Shown here: one piece after another, positions 1 through 14,189 of the stretch
Layout: the number at the start of each line of letters is the position of its first letter
How positions within the stretch are numbered: position 1 is the first letter of the stretch
Source: Octopus vulgaris
Lineage: Eukaryota
Assembly (NCBI GenBank): GCA_951406725.2
Contig: OX597826.1
Location: forward strand, 13,764,001 to 13,828,000
DNA length: 64,000 bases
Direction of reading: 5' to 3'
Position numbers and translations under genes: made by a program
Notes under the pieces: model-generated
What the model was told of the DNA's origin: nothing
Seen by the model: the letters and a program-made list of their open reading frames with translations, nothing else
Database searches by the model: none

Positions 1-298
1 CGTCTCCAATTGTTTTTTTTTTTCTTTTTTTTCTTTTTTAAGTGTGAAGAGCAAAAAAAACCAAAAAAATAAAGTTCGTCCGGAAGGAAGAGACGTGGGA
101 TTCAGAAAGTTTCAAAAATTTCTAATCATAAAAAGATTTCCTTTATCATTTACAAGGGTGTAGTGGAAAAAGAACCCTGAGAAATCCCCGTCAAACGGAG
201 AAAATTCAACTTACGTGTGTGTGCTATTCTGAAAGTCTGCCAAGGCATTCTATTGTGAAAATTACCTGGCAACGACGGGATACTCAGCTACTGTGTGT

Positions 299-470
<172 letters not shown>

Positions 471-1789
471 GTGTGCGTACAAATATACTTGTTTCACAGG
501 GTTGTTAGTATGCAGGAGAAAGGTTTGCATCTTAGACTGAGATTTGCAGAAAGTGAATATGGTTAGTTCCAGTGGTTAATCGTCATCGATTCGTGGAATC
601 ATCTCCCCTTTAGATTATTCGGTTTATACGTCAAACAATATCTTTATTAATGCCAAGTCGGCGTGTCGTCAGGATTAACATGGTAATGGATTAAATATAT
701 CTACTTATGACCTCTTACTTTTCGAGTTCAAATACCACTGATGTCAAACTTTAGATTTTCTTTTTTTCGGAATCGAAAACAAATTATCCATCATATCATA
801 TACTGTGAATGATTTGACTAGCAATATCTTTGAAAGGATTCAAACTCCAACACAAAATAATGAGTCCTCGATAATGAATATCCTATTATATCATTCAACT
901 ACAGTAGTAGTTGAATAATATTAAGGCCGCAATTTACTCACGCTCAGCATCTTTCCGAGCTTGTCGCTAATCTTGTTATCAACTAAATTGAACACTGTTA
1001 ACATTTTTTAAGTGGACTGGTCCTTATCTACATTTTGGCGTAATAAAATTAAGATTTGATCCAGTCGAAAAAAGTTTACCTCAAAATTCGCAGCAACGTT
1101 ACAGGAGAGTAAGTACCGTGACCAATCATGTGTATATCTAAATATCTTTTTTATTTTAAAAACAAAATATATTTATTTTAGCTTCAATGATAGAAGAAAA
1201 CATGAAGAATTTCATAGTTTTGTTCCTATGCAAAAAAAATTTGTATAAAAAAGTTGTGAGGTAAAATATCATAAAAATATAAGGCCAAAAAATTAGATTT
1301 AAGTATAATTAACTTTTTTCTTTTAAAAACTAACTATATTTTAATTAAGCTTAAATGATAGAGCACAATTCCAGGAATTTTATGGTATCAATCTCATGCA
1401 ATGAAGTTTTAAAAGAAAAAAGTTATGGGAGTTTGTTTCTTAAATTTGAGAGTGATAATATAGGTCTATATTTTTTTAATGAATATAGTTCTATAAGGGG
1501 ACATTTAATATATGTCACCGGTGTCATTGAGGTAAGGAAAAATTATCAACGACACCGCTAATTGACACATTTGACACATTATTAATTAGCATAAAAGCAT
1601 AGCCTGGAAAAAACATGGAAGCAAGAGAAATAATATTCTTAAGATTATAAACCTGGAAAATTACAGGACGAGTCATTACACTTGGAAAAGTTCAGGACAA
1701 GAAAATTTTCACTTAAAATATTGCAGCTAAGAATAAAAGTTGAATATTAAAGATTATTTCATCTTAATTAACAAAGCAACATTCTTGCT

Positions 1790-4250
1790 ACATGGCCCGC
1801 CCATCACAGACAATATTTCAGGACGGTCGCCTCGACGCTGCTGCGTTTCATTCTCTCCAAAATGGAGACATCGGTCACATAGTTATTCTATTTGATATTC
1901 ATCGGAGCTTCTGTGGGGAAATCGCTCCTGTTCTTTACGTCACTTTGGTAAAGAGTCTCGGTTTCACAACCGTAAATGAGAGTGGAGATCACGACTGCTT
2001 GGTAGACACTCAATTTTATTTTGTGGTCTAGATCTTTTTCATTAAAGACCCTTTTCGCAAGTCCACAAAACGCGGTGTGAGCCACTCTTAATCGGTTCTC
2101 CACGTCCTTTTTCGATGTGCATTTATTCGAAAGCAAACTTCCTAAGTATGAAAAGTGGTTGACTTTCTCCAGTGGCGTCTCCGAGATGGTAATTTTGAGG
2201 TCTGGCGTTTCCTGACTTAGAACGGGTTGTGTCTGGATTTTTTACCTTTTGTTGTTGACTGTTAGACCAAACCGAGTGTAAGTATTGGTGTAGTTATTCA
2301 CCGATTGTTGAAACTGTTCACTGGAGTGGCAGACCACTGCGCTGTCATCAACATACTGAAGTTCGGTGATCTTTTGCTTCCTGGTCTGTCTTCGTGACTT
2401 CAATCTGGCAAGGTTGAAATATCCTTCGGTACCTGATGTTAACTCCTAGATTGTCCGAAGGCTGTTCATGAAACATTGTTGCAAGGTACAGGGAGGAGAG
2501 AACAGGAGCCAAAACGCATCCTTGTTTTAATCCTCCAGTGTTCGAGAAGTCTTCATACTGTTAGTTTTGATGGAAGAAGATTCCAGTCACACCGTCATGT
2601 AATCCCCGTATTAGGGAAATAAACTGATCGGGGCAGCTGAGGTGTAAGAGGACCTTCCACATTGCAGGCCCTGGGACGGTATCAAAAGCCTTTTCGAGAT
2701 CGTAGAAAACAAAATAGAAAGGTTTTTATTGTTCTCTACTCTTTTCTTGTATTTGCCGAGCACGAAAGATCATGACAGCTGTACCTCTAGATAGTCGAAA
2801 TTCAGATAGGGATTCGAGTAGGACTTCCTCTGCAATGACTTGGAAACGATCCAGAAGGAGTGTTGCAAAGATTTTCCCTTTGGTGGAGAGGGGTGAGATG
2901 CTACAATAGTTCCCACAAATATTTCCATTTCCTTTTTTGAAAATAGTGATGTTAAGAGCATCTTTGAGGTCTTTGGGAACAAGGTGGTTCTCCCACATTC
3001 GGAGAATCAATGTGAACAGACTGGTGTTTAGTAGAAGTCCACCATGTTTTAGAAGTTCCACTGGGATGTTGTCTGGGCCAGGAGACATCCGCTGCTTCAT
3101 GCGGTTGAGATTAATCTGGTAATCTTCTTTGGATAGTGACGAGTTCATCAAGTGTCGAGTTGGAAGCATGGGTACGTTCTTCAAGAAATCTTCTGCCACT
3201 TTGGCGTCTTGGTTCAGGAGACTCGAGATGTGCTCTCTCCAGCGTTGATGGATATCTTGTGAGTCAGTCAGGATGGTATTGGAGTCTGCTGATTGAAGAG
3301 ACCCTGTTGATGATCTCACAGGCTCAAAAAGTTCCTTCGTTCCTCTGTAGAAGCGTCTGAGGTCACGAGCGTCAGCATAGCCTTGGAGTTCGACGGCTTT
3401 TTGTTGCCGCCAGTTGTTCTGAATCTCTCTCAATTTTGTTTGCCATTGTCTTTTGCGGTCTTGATATCTCATCTTCTTGTACCGCGAACTTGGACCTCGC
3501 TCATGAGAGAGGCTGGCTTGTCGTTTTGCATCAATCACCTGGCTGATTTCTTGATCATTGTCATCAAACCAGTCCTGATGTCTCCTTTTTCTGTAACCGA
3601 GGGTGTTTTCAGACACTTCAGTGATAGTTTTTCGAAATATGCTCCATTGTCCTGGTTATTGAAGGTGTTTGAGAATGGAAGATGCATAAAGGGAGCTGAT
3701 CTCTGGGTTGTTAAGCTTCGATATATTAAAAGTTTTTTTTTTCTAACTGGTTCTGTTCCTCCAGTCTTTGGTATGTTGTTAACCATTATTCGAAGGCGGA
3801 TGATGACTGGACGATGGCCTGCCCAGCAAACGTCAGCGCGCTGTTTGCCGTTCGCGTGATGAGGACGTTCTTTTTGTCTCCTTGCCGGATGATAGAGTAG
3901 TCCAGGAGCCGCCAATGTTTCGACCTGGGGTGCTTCCAGATGGTCTTGAAAAAGATTTGGGAGTCGAAATTGGGTGTTCGTAATGAAGAGTGTTTAGCGC
4001 ACATCCCAAGGAGCAAGAGTCGTTACAGTTTCCGACTCCTTCTTTGTTAATAACATTCTCCCATGGTCTGCTGTCTTTTCCCACACTTGCATTGAAGTCC
4101 CCGAGGAGGAGGAGCTTGTCATTTGGTGGTACATTAAGGATCAGGTTACTCAGCTGTTGGTAGCAGGTGTTTTTTACAATGTCATTGTCATCAGGTGTAG
4201 GTGCGTAAGCAGAGATCAGTGTCATAAAGGTGATGGCAGAGATCTTTTTC
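1790..4250 (-). mobile_element. Decayed RTE-clade LINE (AP-endonuclease + reverse transcriptase fragments)
   Basis: Broken minus-strand ORFs with ISAYAPT, LLLGDFNA (APE), HQDWFDDND, SPGPDNIPVELLK, NYCSISPLS, YQAVVISTLIYGCET (RTE RT); multiple frameshifts. Confidence 0.9.
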
Positions 4251-4254
4251 AAAA

Positions 4255-6093
4255 CTCTTATATTTTTTAAAGGCGTTTTGGATCATTTGAATTAGAGAGT
4301 GAACTTTGAAACCATTTATCAGTTTTATTTTCCTCCCAGTTCTCATTATTTCGGAAATGACTTATGCTTTTCAGATTCTGAAAACGATTCCTTGTCATAG
4401 CTTTTTTGATCAGAGACACACCCAAATCCTCTTCATTCGACCAGTATTGTCCCGTGGATAGCAACTTGCGGTAGCTGGACAACATGAAAATGCCAAAAAT
4501 GCCTTGAGTTCGTCTACTGATAGTGTGTCAATAATATTTTGACTTGTTGCAGAATACCACACACTTTCCTTTATGATGTAGTCATATATTTCTGGAGTGA
4601 TTATTGTTTCAAGTATTTCAAGTGGACCATAATATTGCAAAGCGTCTCTCATTTTTCTGAAGGTCTTATCATACGTATCAATTCTGTTAGAATAATTCGT
4701 ATACTCAGGATGCATTTTTTTCTCCAGACCTGTTCTGAACTTCACAATTTCCTCTTTTTTATAGCCTTATAAGCCTTTTCTTGATGAAAACTAATTTCCC
4801 TCAATTTTTCATTTTCAATTTGTTCTTTTGTGAGATGCAATTCGAGTGGTCTTGGAACATCATTGATCAAAACCTCACCAGTTTCACCATCATTAGCTTC
4901 AGCTTCATTTGTGATATAATGCACATCAGGGGAATAGTGGAGGCACATGTTCTAGTGGTTAGAGCAGCGAACTCGCGGTCGAGAAATCGCGGGTTCGAAT
5001 CTCAGGCTGGACGATGTGGGTGTTTATGAACGAAACACCTAAGCTCCACGCGGCTCCGGCAGAGGGTAATGGTGAATTTCTGCTGACTCTTTCGCCACAA
5101 CTTTCTCTCACTCTTTCCTCTTGCAGCTCACCTGCGACGGACCGGTGTCCCGTCCAGGTGGGGAAACTATACGCCAAGGAAACCGGAAACCGGCTCTTAT
5201 GAGCCAGGCACGGCTCGAGAAGGAACAAACAACATCAGGGGAATAACGACTGCATCTGCTGATTCAAATTCAGTTTCTTCGTCTGACTGTTCATCTAGCA
5301 AATTCCTCACTTCATCCATGGCCAAGTCTTTTTCCCGTATTTTCGACGTCTGGGGATAAAAAAATTAAGTGTTCAATAATTATAAGAATCATTACAATAT
5401 TTTAAATGACTCAGAAGATTTAATCGGTAAAGAATAATAAATTTCATGAGAACACCTAACATACTTCATTCACTCTATCAGTAAATATAAAATGCACAAC
5501 ACTCCTCTAAAGCGTGACTAATTACCTTGATAAGATATTTATCTGCTCTGTCTTTAGTTTTTACCTTGTGACACTTGAAACACTACTAAAAGTATAGTCA
5601 CCTCTGTATGAGCCGTCAATATTTTCCAGTCACGTCGCAACGCGTCAAAACAACGTGTTGATACTTGTCTCAAACATGAAACAGATGCACAGTCTAGTTC
5701 AATTACGTATACATTGACCCAGCATCATATATATAGGACAGTAAAATTCAAAGTTATATTATATGCATAAAATGTTATTTGTGAACAAACTTATATCCTA
5801 AGTATTGTAAAATAGCTCTTTATAAACAGCGTTTTTGTGTTAAATATAACATAACGATTCAACTTAACGCTGCGAGTTAATATTCGCAGGTCACCGAGCA
5901 GGCATTATTTCTGCCATTTTTCCAGTAGATTTTCTCATATTTCTCAATGCGTTACAAATATATCTGATACACTTATAAAAAAAATTTAGAATTTCTTTTT
6001 TGTTGTATTTATATTCAAAATACATTTTTTTGTCATATCATAATTAAATTATTTACTGTCCTATATATAGGACAGTGGGGCATAATGGGTTAA
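4255..6093 (-). mobile_element. Truncated piggyBac-like DNA transposon
   Basis: Minus-strand peptides LSVDELKAFLA, QYWS, MTRNRFQNLKSISHFRNN resemble the piggyBac transposase N-terminal half; the end at 6087-6093 reads TTAA|CCC on the minus strand, the canonical piggyBac terminus. Confidence 0.75.
4937..5231 (+). mobile_element. tRNA-derived SINE with 14-bp target-site duplication, nested in the piggyBac relic
   Basis: A-box-like TAGTGGTTAGAGC and B-box GGTTCGAATC; ACATCAGGGGAATA duplicated at 4923-4936 and 5232-5245. Confidence 0.9.
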
Positions 6094-6345
6094 CAGACTA
6101 GCTGAGTGAAATAAAGTTATACCTCATAATTATGTTATATTACCACCGGCAATGTATCTACCCGGTACCAGCATGTCATTGCCTACCGTAATATGGTGCA
6201 TATATTTGATACCTACTCGGCTTGTTTTACATCATAACTTTTCAATAAGATTGCCCTATTTTCATATTCATCTTTAAAGTCTCACTCATCACAAGTGTAT
6301 TATGGCACAGTATATTAGTGGTGCATTTGTATTTCTAATCAATGA

Positions 6346-6850
6346 CCGTAAATCCTCGAGTATAATCCGCATTTTTTCCCCAAAAATTTAAAGGTCAAAA
6401 TCCCTAGTGCGTACCATATGCGAGGTTAAGATGAAAAATATTTTCTAAGCAATGTCCGTGTCTCTATTTGCTGTCCGGCAATGTTTATTCAGACGCATTT
6501 TGTGATGTCGAGCGCGAAAATACCTTAAGCTAAGCCTGAAAGCAATGAAGTCATAAAAGAATCATCCATAACTTGCAGTAAGCAACATTTATTAAAATAA
6601 ACGTATTCAGAACACAGAATAACATGTAACAAAACAAAATGAAAACATATTTACATTCCCATATAACAGTTAAGAACATCACCATTATTGTATTATGCAT
6701 GCGCGGATTGCGTTTGTTCGACTAGATGCTACTGGCTTAATTACGCACGACTCAAGTTAGAGAAGGGGTGCGTATTATACACAAGGTTTAGGTTTTTTGG
6801 AGGTACAGCCCCCTAAAAATCCCCTGCGTATTATACTCAAAGATTTACGG
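6346..6850. mobile_element. Non-autonomous TIR element (MITE, pogo/Tc1-mariner-like)
   Basis: Terminal inverted repeats CCGTAAATCCTCGAGTATAATCCGCA / TGCGTATTATACTCAAAGATTTACGG followed by TA; no transposase ORF. Confidence 0.8.
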
Positions 6851-7363
6851 TAATATCTCAAATACCAAAACTGATAAAAGAAGTAGAAGCACAACACCAC
6901 TTTCCACCACCGACAGTCTTCACCGAAAACGTTTTCTTCTTCGTGGCTAGATTGGAGACCTCCGTACCAATATCTTTGTTGCATTTTTATTTTTTATAAG
7001 GCCCAAAATATATAAATAAATATCAAAATAATTAATAATGTCAATAAAAGCCAATAAATTATCAAATTTTTGTTGATGCAGACAAAAGGTGAAATCGAAA
7101 TGGACGTGTTGATTGGAATGTCCCACCAACTTCCTTATGCTGGAATCTAGGAATATACAGAACATCAGAAATACATTGTTTTGTATTTCTCAGGAAAGTA
7201 TTCTCTATGCATGGAGCCATATATTATCTTAAGAACGTCATATTGCCCAGAAAGTTCATAAATATCGTGAAGGTATTTTTACACTTCTAATTACATGTAA
7301 CACTGTTCACAGTTGAATGCCACAAATGATGTTGTCAGCTACACATTGGGATTTTAAGAATTT

Positions 7364-8380
7364 TATTGGATTGGCAACTAAGTTCCCGCTGTTTTTATAA
7401 ATTTTGGAATTTATAGCGTTTTTAAATTTAGGAATCTATTCTTTTCCAGAATTCTATTTTTGAATCATTTTGGAATCTATATTATTTTTCGATGAAGAGC
7501 GATTAAACCAACTTTTGCACGAAAATTCTCGTCAAACGACATGGGAACTAACAAAGAAAATGGAATGCTCCCACACTGCTATAGAGAAGCATCTTCACTC
7601 GATGGGAAAGGTTCAGAAGTATGGAGAATGGGTTCCACATGCTTTAAGTGACAATAGCAAAACTCAACGAGCTACAATCTCCGCTGGTTTATTTGCTCAT
7701 CACCGCTCAACTCATGGACACAAGCAATGACTTCTTTACCAAATCGTTACTGGCGACGGAAAATGGTGCCTGTACATCAATATGAAGCAGTGTAAGGAGT
7801 GGCTTAGCCCCGATAAACAAGCGACACCGCGCGTAAAACAAGATCTTTATCCACGTAAAGCGATGTTGTGCGTATGGTGAAACTGGGAGGGGATTATCCA
7901 TTACGAATTGCTTGAACGGAACCAAACGGTCAACGCGGAACTCTATGTTCAACAGATGAAACGACTCAACACGGCTATTCAAGAGAAAAGAACTAATCGT
8001 CAGCATGGAGTTCTTCTGCTGCACGACAACGCCCGCCCTCATATCGCCAATATGGCCAAGGAAGCCATTCAAACGCATGGCTTGGAAGTGCTGCCAAGCT
8101 GACTGTACTCTCCTGATTTGGCACCTCTTTCGATCTCTTTCAAATGCTATGCGCGGAGTTTCGTTCAATACTGATGCAGAATTGAGAGCTTGGTTGGGTC
8201 AATTTTTCGAGTCGAAATCAGATGATTTCTACCAACGAGGTATTGAAAATCTTGTTGGACGTTAGGAAGTTGTAAACAACAAGGGTAAATACATTATTGA
8301 TTAATTAGTTGCTATTTTTCATTAAATTTTTTTAAATTTTAATTTAAAAAAACGGCAGTAACTTAGTGGCCAACGTAATA
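7364..8380 (+). mobile_element. Decayed mariner transposon
   Basis: TIRs TATTGGATTGGCAACTAAGTT / AACTTAGTGGCCAACGTAATA; motifs WVPHAL, VTGDGKW, HDNARPH, YSPDLAP interrupted by stops. Confidence 0.92.
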
Positions 8381-8686
8381 TAAAAATTTCACTGTCTTCT
8401 TTCTTCAAGTGGTACCTAGCTGATAACGCTTGCTCTGGCAAATCGAAAACATTATATTCAATGTGATGTAAAGATTAAGAATCCAAAGTATATTAGATTC
8501 TTGTCAAAGGTGCAGTCATTCTCAAGATTTTGGGAAACATACACACAGTACTTTAGTTGGCATACTGGAAATTTGTCCTCCATTTTTTTTCCTTGAGGTA
8601 CATTTGACAAGCGGTTTTATGGTTGTATGACACACTATTGGCAATTATATATACGCACACACGCACGCACATACACACACACACAC

Positions 8687-8731
<45 letters not shown>

Positions 8732-8733
8732 AA

Positions 8734-9014
8734 GTGGAGGCGCAATGGCTCAGTGGTTAGGGCAGCGGACTCGTAGTCGTTGGATCGCAGTTTCGATTCG
8801 CAGATCGGGCGTTGTGAGTGTTTATTGAGCGAAAACACCTAAAGCTCCACGAGGCTCCAGCAGGGGATGATGATCCCTGCTGTACTCTTTCGCCACAACT
8901 TTCTCTCACTCTTTCTTCTGTTGGCCTGCTCGCTTAGCCAGCGGGATGGCGTCATTTGAAGGCTAAAACAATGCGATGTGTAGCAACATTTGATAGCCTG
9001 GTCGGCCACGGTGA
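8734..9014 (+). mobile_element. tRNA-derived SINE
   Basis: Head GTGGAGGCGCAATGGCTCAGTGGTTAGGGC...GTTTCGATTC, same family as 4937, 13469 and 13991. Confidence 0.85.
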
Positions 9015-9149
9015 TATATATATATATATATCTTTTGAGGTTTTTACTCCCCACTCGAAAGATATTACACTTCCGCATTTTGAATATTTGGTTGATAAAT
9101 TTTGAATTCATATTATACTGGTGTTGGTTAGAAGATTCATTCCAAATAA

Positions 9150-9585
9150 TTCTTTCAAAATTTTGGCACAAGGCCTGTTATTTTAGCGTAAGGAGGCAAA
9201 TTAAATCGATTTGCTTATAATATTGAGCCCAAAAGGATAAAAAGCAAAGTCGACCTTGATAGCATTTGAACTCAGAACGTAAAGAACCGGAAGGGATACC
9301 GCTAAGCATTTTGTTCGGTCCGCAAATTATTCTGCCAGCTCGCCTCCTTAATCAATTGAAATAATTTTTTCTACTTCTAGCACAAGGCCTGAAATGTAGG
9401 GAAAAGTGGGATAGTTGATTACATCGACCCCAGTGTTCAACTGGTACTTATTTTATCAACCCCGAAAGGATGAAATGCAATGTTGATCATTTGAACTTAA
9501 AATGTAAAGTAGTAAAGTACTAGTCGAATTGCCGTTAAATATTTTATTCGACGCGCAAACGATTTTACGAACTCGCCGTCTTGGT
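9150..9585. mobile_element. Two decayed copies of a SINE-like interspersed repeat
   Basis: Shared block GCACAAGGCCTG...ATTTGAACT...CGC..A.GATT..GCCAGCTCGCC; related to 35064-35299. Confidence 0.6.
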
Positions 9586-10073
9586 TAATTGAAATGATAC
9601 AGACGTCACTCGGAAGCCGTCCGGGCAGATCTTAAGCATCCGCCTACATTCTCTCGCCTGTCAAGTGCAAAAAGTAATCATTTCCACTTGACAGAATTTG
9701 GTGTGTATTAATCGATTTGCCTATAAAGATATAACTTTTTTTAAAACTATTCTAATTGAAGTCAGGTTATTCGTCCAAATATTTTTAATACAAGGTAACT
9801 GGTAAACACAGACACAAGGTCATATCCATCCACACCGAAATACAGCATAAACGAACACTGAGACACTTTGGTATACGCAGATTTGCGTTTCAGTAAAACA
9901 GTTTTATTTCTGCTTTCGTACTTACAAAAACAATACCGCAGTAAAAATTTTCAACACATAAATAATAAATATTTATGCAAACATATACGTATGCACTAGT
10001 GTGCAGATCGATTCCCTACTTTATTCGTCTGCCATTTTATGCACATCTTTTTCAATTGTTAATCGTAATGTTT

Positions 10074-10090
10074 ACATATATATATACGCA

Positions 10091-10135
<45 letters not shown>

Positions 10136-10245
10136 GTAAGCGTGTATGCTTTTGAATGCATATGTAACGACATGCACATACACACACGCACACACATATG
10201 TATGTGCACAAATATATATAAATGCATATACATATAGAACAACAT

Positions 10246-10291
<46 letters not shown>

Positions 10292-10335
10292 ATATACATA
10301 TATATATATACACATATATATATATATATACATAC

Positions 10336-10404
<69 letters not shown>

Positions 10405-10411
10405 CATATAC

Positions 10412-10483
<72 letters not shown>
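10074..10483. repeat. (CA)n and (AT)n microsatellites immediately upstream of the gene start
   Basis: Direct reading. Confidence 0.95.
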
Positions 10484-10487
<4 letters not shown>

Positions 10488-10593
10488 GCTGTTCCTTCTC
10501 CTCATACGAATAGCGTCTTGTTTTCACCAACAAATGAACATAGAATAGATATCCATCAACCATAACGCTGCTTTCTTGTTTTCTCCGATCATC

Positions 10594-10893
10594 ATGAATA
10601 CAGCACTTTTGATGTTTCTACTCTTACTGTTATATTATAACGGCTTATTAGTTTACTCAAAAGATGACACCAAATGTGACGGGATTTATCGTAAAGGGCG
10701 TGTAGGATATGGTAGATTTGCGACTTTACATAGCTCCAACATTACAGAATGTGCCAAGCTTTGTTTTTATAGACAACAATGTAAAGGATTCAGTTTCTGT
10801 TTCGAGAAAAGTGAGTGTAATCTTCACAAACATCCCAAAAAATTGAATAAGGACACCAAATATGTATCTAGTTTAATCGAAAATTGGAATCCG
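10594..10893 (+). CDS. Exon 1 of secreted modular glycoprotein: signal peptide + PAN/Apple-like domain
   Basis: ATC|ATG start; [22 protein letters not shown] hydrophobic leader; [19 protein letters not shown]...ECNLH fits the PAN C-x3-C-x5-C-x2-F-x-F...C-x-L pattern; 300 nt; donor CCG|GTCAGT, phase 0. Confidence 0.85.
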
Positions 10894-10995
10894 GTCAGTG
10901 TCAAAAATTATTTTATTTGGTGTTTTTTTTTGTCTTTACGTTTCCTTTCAATTTTGGTGATGATACATTCAAAATCCGTATATAATTTTATAGCA

Positions 10996-11351
10996 TTCTT
11001 CTTCTTCTTCTTCTTCTTCTTCTTCTTCTTCTTCTTCTTCTTCTTCTTCTTCTTCTTCTTCTTCTTCTTCTTCTTCTTCTTCTTCTTCTTCTTCTTCTTC
11101 TTCTTCTTCTTCTTCTTCTTCTTCTTCTTCTTCTTCTTCTTCTTCTTCTTCTTCTTCTTCTTCTTCTTCTTCTTCTTCTTCTTCTTCTTCTTCTTCTTCT
11201 TCTTCTTCTTCTTCTTCTTCTTCTTCTTCTTCTTCTTTTCTTCTTCTGCTTCTTCTTCTGCTTCTTCTTTTCTTCTTCTTCTTCTTCTTCTTCTTCTTCT
11301 TCTTCTTCTTCTTTTCTTCTTCTTCTTCTTCTTCTTCTTCTTCTTCCATTA

Positions 11352-11429
<78 letters not shown>
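10996..11429. repeat. Long (TTC)n followed by (TTA)n microsatellite
   Basis: Direct reading; explains the poly-F/E/R ORFs. Confidence 0.97.
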
Positions 11430-11430
<1 letters not shown>

Positions 11431-11971
11431 GGCGGTGAGATGACACATGCATCACAACCATATGTGCGCGACATGGTGATCTCATATCAAGATAAACAGC
11501 GCATGACCTTACAAGTGGGGCCCAGTTAGAATTTTCTGCTGGTGAAGTAGCCCATCCCACTCAAAAGGTCCCTGACTAAGGGTTGTTTAAGGATGTTGAA
11601 CGAAACACCATATTTCCAGAGGTTAATTATCCAAACCCCAAAGAATTCCTCTCAACACATGGCTATGATGTTCTCCCACTACTTCTGCTCGTGATCAGAG
11701 ATGCACATATTGTCAGCCACTAAGGGACATGCTCAACTGGTTAAAGTCAAACAACTGACAATCAAATCTTTGATATTGAGCAGAATATTTGCTGTAGCCC
11801 ATCTTTTATACCAAGAAAGTGTTTTGCGTAGGATGTGTGAGTGCCCAGTAGTGCAATTTCTGTATGTTATATGTGTTTGTAAGTCCTGGTGTTTTTGTTA
11901 TGTATTTGTCTGAATATTTTTTTATCATACCTAATGCGCCTACTATGATAGGAATTGTTTCTTTATTATTA

Positions 11972-12046
<75 letters not shown>

Positions 12047-12541
12047 GGCGGTGAGATGGCACATGCATCACCAGGCACATGCATCACAACCATATGTGCG
12101 CGACATGGTGATCTCATATCAAGATAAACAGCGCATGACCTTACAAGTGGGGCCCAGTTAGAATTTTCTTCTGGTTGAGTAGCCCATCCCGCTCAAAAGG
12201 TCCCTGAATAAGGGTTGTTTGAGGATGTTGAATGGAACACCCATTTTGCCAGAGGTTAATTATCCAAACCCCAAAGAATTCCTCTCAACACATGGCTATG
12301 ATGCTCCCCCACTACTTCTGCTCGTGATCAGAGATACACATATTGTCAGCCACTAAGGGACATGCTCAACTGGTTAAAGTCAAACAACTGACAATCAAAT
12401 CTTTGATATTGAGCAGAATATTTGCTGTAGCCCATCTTTTATACCAAGACAAAACAATGTACATGATAACACTGTCAATCAGTTAAGATCAGAAGCCATG
12501 AGAGCTACTGCCTGGTACTGCATCAGGGCATTTACTACTAC

Positions 12542-12575
<34 letters not shown>

Positions 12576-13092
12576 GAGTGAGCGAGCAGAGCATGCCATC
12601 AAAGTGACACTGGGGTAAAATATACGAAGCCCAGTATACCCATCATGACTACCCGTCTGATAAGGGTACACCAGGCACATGCATCACAACCATATGTGCG
12701 CGACATGGTGATCTCATATCAAGATAAACAGCACATGACCTTGCAGGTGGAGCCCAGTTAGAATTTTCTTCAGATCGAGTAACCCATCCTGCTCAAAAGG
12801 TCCCTGAATAAGGGTTGTTTAAGGACGTTCAACGAAACACCCATGTTTCCAGAGGTGAATTATTCAAACCCCAAAGAATCCTTCTCAACACATGGCTATG
12901 ATGCTCCCCCACTACTTCTGCTCGTGATCAGATATGCACATATCGTCAGCCACTAAGAGACATGCTCAACTGGTTAAGGTCAAACAACTGACAAGCAAAT
13001 CTGTGGTATTGAGCAGAATATTTGCTGTAGCCCATCTTTTATACCAAGACAAAACAATGTACATGATAACACTTCCAATCAGTTAAGATCAG
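11430..13092. repeat. Three nested/tandem copies of an unclassified ~400-520 bp interspersed repeat separated by (TTA)n tracts
   Basis: Core CACATGCATCACAACCATATGTGCGCGACATGG...GCCCATCTTTTATACCAAGA at ~11445-11816, ~12076-12450 and ~12675-13050. Confidence 0.85.
11819..11962 (-). mobile_element. Fragment of R4/Dong-type non-LTR element C-terminus (restriction-like endonuclease region)
   Basis: Minus strand translates to ETIPIIVGALGMIKKYSDKYITKTPGL...NIQK, typical of the RLE C-terminal; it abuts (TTA)n, the known target of Dong elements. Confidence 0.65.
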
Positions 13093-13102
13093 ATTATTAT
13101 TA

Positions 13103-13153
<51 letters not shown>

Positions 13154-13468
13154 GGCGGCGGCGAGCTGGCAGCCTCGTGTTCGGAAGTCTGTTAATTTTT
13201 CTTCAAACTTGTTTACTGATTGTTTTTAGATATTTGTTGAACTGTAATTTTTATAACCCGGCTCGCCACAAGCAGGGCCAGCTGGGTTGGCAAAAAAAAT
13301 CGGCATTTAAGGGCGAATTTTGACAATTCAAAATTCCATATTTTGAAAAAAATTTGCAACATGGTATCTCAAATCGATGGTGCTTACGCTTTTTGTAACA
13401 GCCTCTGTGAGATACCATTCCCTTCGCTACCTAATGTGGTTGAGGAGAGGAAGGGCGGCAGCAGCAGA

Positions 13469-13850
13469 GGAGGTACAATGGCCCAGTGGTTAGGGCAGCG
13501 GACTCACGGTCGGAGGATCGTGGTTTCGATTCCCAGACCGGGCGTTGTGTGTGTTTACTGAGCGAAAACACCTAAAAGCTCCACGAGGCTCCGGCAGGGG
13601 GTGGTGGCGACCCCTGTTGTATTCTTTCGCCCCAACTTTCTCTCACTGTTTCTTCCTGTTTCTTGTCTCCGACTTCCTACGCAACCGCTGAGCCTGGATG
13701 CGCCTTCATCCATCCGTCGATGCTCTCGGTGTCGAGGGTTGACCTGCTTTCTCTTCTATGGGTCTTACGAATAGCAAAGGACCACGTTTCGAACTTCTCC
13801 CATCTTGCGAGCTAGGGGACGAAGAACGTTCGCTCAACAGCAACAGCAGC
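13469..13850 (+). mobile_element. tRNA-derived SINE
   Basis: CAATGGCCCAGTGGTTAGGGCAGCGGACTC...GGTTTCGATTCC head. Confidence 0.8.
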
Positions 13851-13990
13851 AACAGCAGCAGTAGCAACAATAACAGTATCATCCCCACCATCAGCATCGA
13901 TGGGGTCGTGAAGGAGGGGAGTGGAGGAGAACAGCAACACTGCTACCACCACTGCTATCACAAGGACTTGCTAGAACAACAACAGCAGCT

Positions 13991-14175
13991 GTGGAGGCGC
14001 AATGGCCCTATGGTTAAGGTAGCGGACTCGCGGTCGTAAGAACGCAGTTTCGATTCCCAGACCGAACATTGTGAGTGTTTATTTAACAAAAACACCTAAG
14101 CTCCACGAGGCCCCGGGGGATGGGGGTGAACCCCGCTGTACTCTTTCACCACAACTTTCACACTTTCTTCCTACT
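13991..14175 (+). mobile_element. tRNA-derived SINE (truncated)
   Basis: Same head family as 8734 and 13469. Confidence 0.8.
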
Positions 14176-14189
14176 TCTGCCACAAAACA

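Noticed and set aside
10894-11430. C-terminal poly-Phe/Leu/Tyr extension of ORF 10576-11430
   Set aside because: Read-through into intron 1 (TTC)n/(TTA)n past the GTCAGT donor at 10894.
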